Part shown: positions 27,945 through 32,000 of the stretch, one piece after another
Numbering within the stretch: position 1 is the stretch's first letter
Layout of the letters: each line of letters starts with the position of its first letter
Assembly (NCBI GenBank): GCA_965223155.1
Contig: CBDCVR010000014.1
Coordinates: 4,575-36,574, forward strand
Origin: Candidatus Multivoradales bacterium
GTDB lineage: Bacteria; Acidobacteriota; Thermoanaerobaculia; Multivoradales; JAHEKO01
Length of the DNA: 32,000 nucleotides
Direction: 5' to 3'
Notes under the pieces: model-generated
What the model was told of the DNA's origin: nothing
The model's input: the letters and a program-made list of their open reading frames with translations, nothing else
Databases searched by the model: none
Program-made: the position numbers and the translations under genes

Positions 27945-28097
27945 TTACCAGGGTCTAGTTACAACCACCTGCAACTCAATCTCAGCCTCTTCGACTACCA
28001 ACTTGGGTTCCAAGACATCACCTTGCACCTGAGCCAAGGCCAGCTCGCGACGAAGCTCGGCGATCAAATCAGATAGGGGAATACGGGACTCAGCCAT
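27945..28097 (-). pseudogene. Truncated Trypco2-like (trypsin-co-occurring domain 2) ORF
   Basis: MAESRIPLSDLIAELRRELALAQVQGDVLEPKLVVEEAEIELQVVVTRPW*; only 50 aa (below the track cut-off), ending at the IS200 boundary. Confidence 0.6.
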
Positions 28098-28114
28098 CGA
28101 GACGCCTTTCATCC

Positions 28115-28441
28115 TCAAATGACAATAACTCGTTCCGCCTCATCATGATCTGGGCGAACAATATGAATGCGCACCTTGCAGTTGAGACGGGCTAGAAAAC
28201 GCATGAGACGCTCAACGCTATAATACGAAAACTTCCCGCTCTTGAGCCTCGACACTTCCGGTTGTTTAACGCCTAGGATTTTGGCCGCCTCCGTCTGAGT
28301 CATCTGCTGCTTTTCCAGAATACGGAAGATTTCCGCGCCGAGTTCAGCTTTGAGTAGCTCTTCTTTGGCCTCCTCATCTGAGAAGCCTAAATCTTTAAAA
28401 ATGTTGCTGGAGCCCTCTTCAATCACTATGTTTTCATCCAT
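28115..28441 (-). CDS. HTH (XRE/HigA-like) antitoxin-type regulator
   Basis: LGAEIFRILEKQQMTQTEAAKILGVKQPEVSRLKSGKFSYYSVERLMRFLARL. Confidence 0.82.
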   Translation of the reverse strand: MDENIVIEEGSSNIFKDLGFSDEEAKEELLKAELGAEIFRILEKQQMTQTEAAKILGVKQPEVSRLKSGKFSYYSVERLMRFLARLNCKVRIHIVRPDHDEAERVIVI

Positions 28442-28533
28442 ACTCAGTTCTCGTTCAGCGGGGTCGCACTATCCACCTACCCTTTGCTGGTTACTCGTCA
28501 TGTCACCCGCATTGTAACACAACCCGCCATCCC

Positions 28534-28962
28534 TCACCCCTCGCGCCCGTAATCCCACGACACCACCCGATGCGGCGCGACCTCGATATACGCCGACCCA
28601 GGAGACGCCTCTTGCGACCGCTGATCCTCCGGCACGCCGCGCAGGCGCTCGGCCTCGCGCCGCAGCCGCAGCAGGTTCTCGGCGTCCGTATACACACGAG
28701 CGCGCCCCTGAATCATCACGCCTTTGATGTCGCGCATCGTGCTGCCGCTCTCCAGCGCCAGACTCACCTGCGAATTGCGCTCGATATTTTTGACCTTCTG
28801 CGTCTCCGCCCGGCAGCCCAGGTAGACGTTGTCCCCCAGGCGAAAATAGCCCAGCGGCACGCTGTGGGGAAAGCCGTCGCGGCCTATCGTAGAAAGCATG
28901 ATCCAACCGGGTTTGCTGTCGAGAAACTCGTGCACTTCCTGAGGCGTCATCTTGGCCGGCAT
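28534..28962 (-). CDS. Pyridoxamine 5'-phosphate oxidase family / FMN-binding split-barrel protein
   Basis: GWIMLSTIGRDGFPHSVPLGYFRLGDNVYLGCRAETQKVKNIERNSQVSLALE...VMIQGRARV. Confidence 0.82.
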   Translation of the reverse strand: MPAKMTPQEVHEFLDSKPGWIMLSTIGRDGFPHSVPLGYFRLGDNVYLGCRAETQKVKNIERNSQVSLALESGSTMRDIKGVMIQGRARVYTDAENLLRLRREAERLRGVPEDQRSQEASPGSAYIEVAPHRVVSWDYGREG

Positions 28963-29131
28963 GTGGCGTTGCTCCTCTGCTTCACAAGGTCTGCGCGTCG
29001 ATTCAACTCGCCCTGATTATAGCAGAGCGGCGCGCGCCATCGGCGTGGTCCCAACTGGATTTTTCCCGGCAAACGCGCCATACTGAGACTCGCATCGAGA
29101 CATATCTGATACATACGTACAGGAGACGACA

Positions 29132-30229
29132 ATGGACGTGGGCATGATGATGATCTTCGCCAGCTACGGCTGGGACAATACGAGCGACGCGCAGGTGTGG
29201 GACGAAGAACTCAAGCTGGCCCGCATCGCCGCGGACAGCGGCTTTGATGCGCTGTGGTCGGCTGAGCACCATTTCTTTGACTACTCCTTTTGCCCGGACA
29301 ACCTGCAGCTCATGACCTATCTGGCCGGGCAGTTTTCCGATATCGATTTCGGCACCGCCGCAGTGATCCTGCCCTGGCACGACCCGCTGCGCGTCGCCGA
29401 GCAGGCCGCTATGCTCGACATGCTGTGCAAGGGCCGCCTGCGCTTCGGCATGGGCCGGGGCCTGGCGCGCCGCGAGTTCACCGCCTTTCGGGGCACCATG
29501 GACGAGTCCCGCGAGCGCTTTGACGAAGCCGCGCCGATGATCGTCAACGCCCTGCGCCATGGCTTTATCGAGGGCGACGGCAAATACTACCCGCAGCCCA
29601 AAATCGACATCCGGCCGCGGCCCCAGCACAGCTTTGACGGGCGCGTTTACGCTGTGGCGTCGAGCGAGGATTCCGTCCTCTCCGCCGCCCGCCTCGGAGC
29701 CCACATGGTGATGTTCTCGGATCGCCCCTGGCCCATGCGCCTGCCGGCCGTCGAGCGCTTTCGCGAGCTGTCCCGCACCTTTCACGGCGACCAAGCCGCG
29801 CCCTCGCTCATGATCACGGATTTTTGCCTGTGCGGCCCCTCCCTGGCCGAGACCGAGGCGCAGGCGCGGCGCTACATGGGCAAGTTCGTGGAGAGCAATT
29901 TTCATCACTACGAACTGCTCAGCGACCACTTTTCGCAGGTCAAGGGCTACGACGCCTATGCGCAAAAGGCGGAGATCGCCAGGCAGAGCGGCCTCGACGG
30001 CGCGACGGAGGGGTTTATGAAGGCGGCCATCTGGGGCACGCCGGACCGCATTTTGCGCGCCTTGGAGGAACGGCGCGAGGTGCTCGGCGATTTCGAGCTA
30101 AACGTGGCCTGGCGCTTTGGCGGCATTCCGTATGACGTGGCGGAGCGCGGCCTGCGGCTGTTCGCCAAAGAGGTGCTGCCGGTGCTGAAGAGCTGGACGG
30201 CGACCGGGGCGGCGCAGGCTGCCGATTAA
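29132..30229 (+). CDS. LLM class (luciferase-like) monooxygenase
   Basis: ARIAADSGFDALWSAEHHFFDYSFCPDNLQLMTYLAGQFSDIDFGTAAVILPWHDPLRVAEQAAMLDMLCKGRLRFGMGRGLARREF. Confidence 0.92.
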   Translation: MDVGMMMIFASYGWDNTSDAQVWDEELKLARIAADSGFDALWSAEHHFFDYSFCPDNLQLMTYLAGQFSDIDFGTAAVILPWHDPLRVAEQAAMLDMLCKGRLRFGMGRGLARREFTAFRGTMDESRERFDEAAPMIVNALRHGFIEGDGKYYPQPKIDIRPRPQHSFDGRVYAVASSEDSVLSAARLGAHMVMFSDRPWPMRLPAVERFRELSRTFHGDQAAPSLMITDFCLCGPSLAETEAQARRYMGKFVESNFHHYELLSDHFSQVKGYDAYAQKAEIARQSGLDGATEGFMKAAIWGTPDRILRALEERREVLGDFELNVAWRFGGIPYDVAERGLRLFAKEVLPVLKSWTATGAAQAAD

Positions 30230-30348
30230 CGGGAGGACGGCGGATATGGAAGCTGGATGAGGTGATTTATAAGCGGCTGCACGAACCGGCTGCGCCACCG
30301 GGTGTCCCACTATCGAGCTTATGGGAACACAACATACGGAGGACCGTT

Positions 30349-30911
30349 ATGTCAAAAGCGCAACCCACTCTGCAAACCGACCGTTTACTGTTGCGTCCAC
30401 CGGCCACGGCGTTTTGCCCGACCTGCAACGCTTAATCGGCGCTTGGGAAATCGCGGACACGACGTTGAATATTCCGCATCCCTACGAAGACGGCATGGCG
30501 GAGGCGTGGTTCAAGGAGCAGGCCGAGCGTTATGAAAACGGCCAAGGCGCGCATTTTTGCATTTTTCGGCGGACCGATCAGACCCTGATGGGCGGCATTA
30601 GCCTGATCCTCGCTGCGCGTCATCAGCGCGCTGATCTCGGCTATTGGATCGGCGCGCCATTTTGGGGCCAGGGATACTGCACCGAGGCGGCCCGCGCCAC
30701 CCTCGCCTACGGCTTCGAGGCGCTCGGCTTGAACCGTATTGAGGCCATGCACTTTACCCGCAATCCAGCTTCCGGACGGGTGATGCAAAAAATCGGCATG
30801 ATCTACGAAGGCTGTCTGCGGCAACGCGTGCGCCGCTGGGAGCAGTTTGAAGATGTGGCGATGTACAGCATCTTAAACCAAGATTTTGTTGACGCACTGG
30901 AGACAAGATGA
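30349..30911 (+). pseudogene. GNAT (RimJ/RimL-like) acetyltransferase with an apparent frameshift near its N-terminus
   Basis: ATG 30349 gives MSKAQPTLQTDRLLLRP, a canonical GNAT start, then homology jumps frame to DLQRLIGAWEIADTTLNIPHPYEDGMAEAWF...LGYWIGAPFWGQGYCTEAARATLAYGFEALGLNRIEA. Confidence 0.78.
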
Positions 30912-31372
30912 CGACTTCAGACACGTGTTTGGCCTGCCGCCTCACGGCCGGCGACGAGCCGCTGCCAGGGGGACGCATCTGGGCCACAGACCACTGGGTG
31001 GTGGAGCACTGTATTGGGCCGCTCGGCGTGGGCGCGTTGATCGTCAAGCCCTTGCGGCACTGTCTGCACCTCGGCGACCTGACGCCGGACGAGGCGCAAG
31101 AACTCGGCCCACTGCTGCAACGCGTGGCGCATGTGGTCCAAGAGCTAGCGCAGGCCGACCAGGTCTACACCTGCCTGTGGTCGCACGCCAGTTGGCAGCC
31201 CGTGCACATTCACTTTGTCGTGCAGCCAGTGCGCCGCGAACTGCGGCAAACCTATCCCAAACAGGGGCCAGCTCTACAAGCGGCGATGTTTCAAGATGGA
31301 CCACTTCCCGACCCCGAGGCGGTCGAGGCATTTTGTCGAGAGGCTCGGCAACGTCTCGGGCTCAAGCCTTAA
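30908..31372 (+). CDS. HIT-family hydrolase-like protein
   Basis: CLACRLTAGDEPLPGGRIWATDHWVVEH...GALIVKPLRHCLHLGDLTPDEAQEL...QPVHIHFVVQP; 4-nt overlap with the GNAT gene. Confidence 0.78.
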   Translation: MTTSDTCLACRLTAGDEPLPGGRIWATDHWVVEHCIGPLGVGALIVKPLRHCLHLGDLTPDEAQELGPLLQRVAHVVQELAQADQVYTCLWSHASWQPVHIHFVVQPVRRELRQTYPKQGPALQAAMFQDGPLPDPEAVEAFCREARQRLGLKP

Positions 31373-31964
31373 AGCGGGGCCACAGACGCCCCGTACGCTG
31401 CATATAATCGCGGTAGGCCTCGCCAAAATGCGCCAGCATCATGCGCTCCTCCGGCTCGATACGCGTGTAGAATTGCGCCACGATCCCCACGCTGACCAGG
31501 CCAATAAGGCTGTTGGCCGCCACCAAGGCGGCGCACACATAAAAGCCGCTCAGAACCGCGTACATCGGATGCCGCACCCACTGATAGGCGCCGTGCGTCA
31601 CCAACGTCTGATCTTGCCGCACTTGCAGCAGGCGGGACCAATTGGCCCCCAGGCTGCGATGCACCCAGACCAGTAGCAGCAAACTCGCCACCGCTCCGAT
31701 GACGCCGAGCCAGCGCAGCGCCGCCGGCAGCGCCAGGGCGAAGTGCGCCATGCGGGGTTGATCAAAGCCATAGAGCAAAATGAAGACCCACATGGCCAGC
31801 AAGAGCAGCCGCAGCGCCACGAGGCCAGCGGGGCTTTCATACGAGCGCGGCGCCTCGGCGCTTCCTTCGTCACCTCCCCTGGTCCCCTCCCCAGCGCCTC
31901 CCCTGGCGCCCAATATCCCCTGCGTCGACTGCTTCGAGCTGAAATAGCGCCGAATTAGGTTCAT
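31362..31964 (-). CDS. Isoprenylcysteine carboxyl methyltransferase-like membrane protein
   Basis: LVTHGAYQWVRHPMYAVLSGFYVCAALVAANSLIGLVSVGIVAQFYTRIEPEERMMLAHFGEAYRDYMQRTGRLWP. Confidence 0.82.
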   Translation of the reverse strand: MNLIRRYFSSKQSTQGILGARGGAGEGTRGGDEGSAEAPRSYESPAGLVALRLLLLAMWVFILLYGFDQPRMAHFALALPAALRWLGVIGAVASLLLLVWVHRSLGANWSRLLQVRQDQTLVTHGAYQWVRHPMYAVLSGFYVCAALVAANSLIGLVSVGIVAQFYTRIEPEERMMLAHFGEAYRDYMQRTGRLWPRFKA

Positions 31965-32000
31965 CGCGATGTAGAGGACGAGAAAGCAGACAAAGAACGG

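Larger units (their letters stand above)
27185..27945 (-). mobile_element. IS200-type insertion element (tnpA only), approximate boundaries
   Basis: tnpA flanked by subterminal hairpins: ACCACCCGC-aga-GCGGGTGGT at 27191-27211 and CACCGCC-aga-GGCGGTG at 27926-27942; about 0.76 kb, typical size of IS200-only elements. Confidence 0.65.

Noticed and set aside
27844-28032. Plus-strand ORF MALAGPPKEKPHLTPTINAGTAEPMGVS... considered as a TnpB C-terminal remnant
   Set aside because: Short, overlaps the tnpA leader and end hairpin, and I could not recognise TnpB catalytic motifs; not enough to claim a TnpB/omegaRNA remnant.
29003-29965. 320-aa minus-strand ORF, and other long ORFs opposite clear genes (e.g. 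7808-8500, 15111-16082, 16621-17499, 19826-20581, 2932-3669)
   Set aside because: Antisense shadows of well-supported genes caused by high third-position GC; low-complexity or unnatural composition, no recognisable domain.

Overview
GC-rich bacterial window, probably a metagenomic or large-genome bacterium. No rRNA, tRNA or CRISPR array was recognised. The left part (about 1-10.4 kb, minus strand) looks like a phosphorus-scavenging cluster: a PhoX/DUF839-like protein, a two-CxxCH cytochrome-like protein, a complete Ugp/Mal-type ABC importer and a secreted 5'-nucleotidase-family protein running off the edge. It is followed divergently (10.8-14.8 kb, plus strand) by a tight operon: GT4 glycosyltransferase, class-III PLP enzyme (GSA-aminomutase-like) apparently fused to an Mpo1/DUF962-like membrane domain, and a PEMT-like small membrane methyltransferase. 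This operon is the best candidate for an undescribed lipid or head-group pathway. The middle has a family III CoA-transferase, a Ycf45/SpoIIIAA-like AAA ATPase, an LLM flavin oxidoreductase, an aapJQMP-type amino-acid importer with single-base frameshifts in aapQ and aapP, and an acyl-CoA dehydrogenase lying between imperfect copies of the aapP 3' end. The 25.5-28.5 kb part is an accessory patch: a DUF433/DUF5615 toxin-antitoxin-like pair, a truncated and frameshifted FGE-sulfatase-like conflict effector, an IS200-type tnpA element with terminal hairpins and a cluster of GC-rich palindromes, a truncated Trypco2-like ORF and an orphan HTH antitoxin-like gene. The right end has housekeeping-type genes (PNPOx-like, LLM monooxygenase, frameshifted GNAT, HIT, isoprenylcysteine methyltransferase-like). 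All family assignments are from recognised motifs only; no searches were run.
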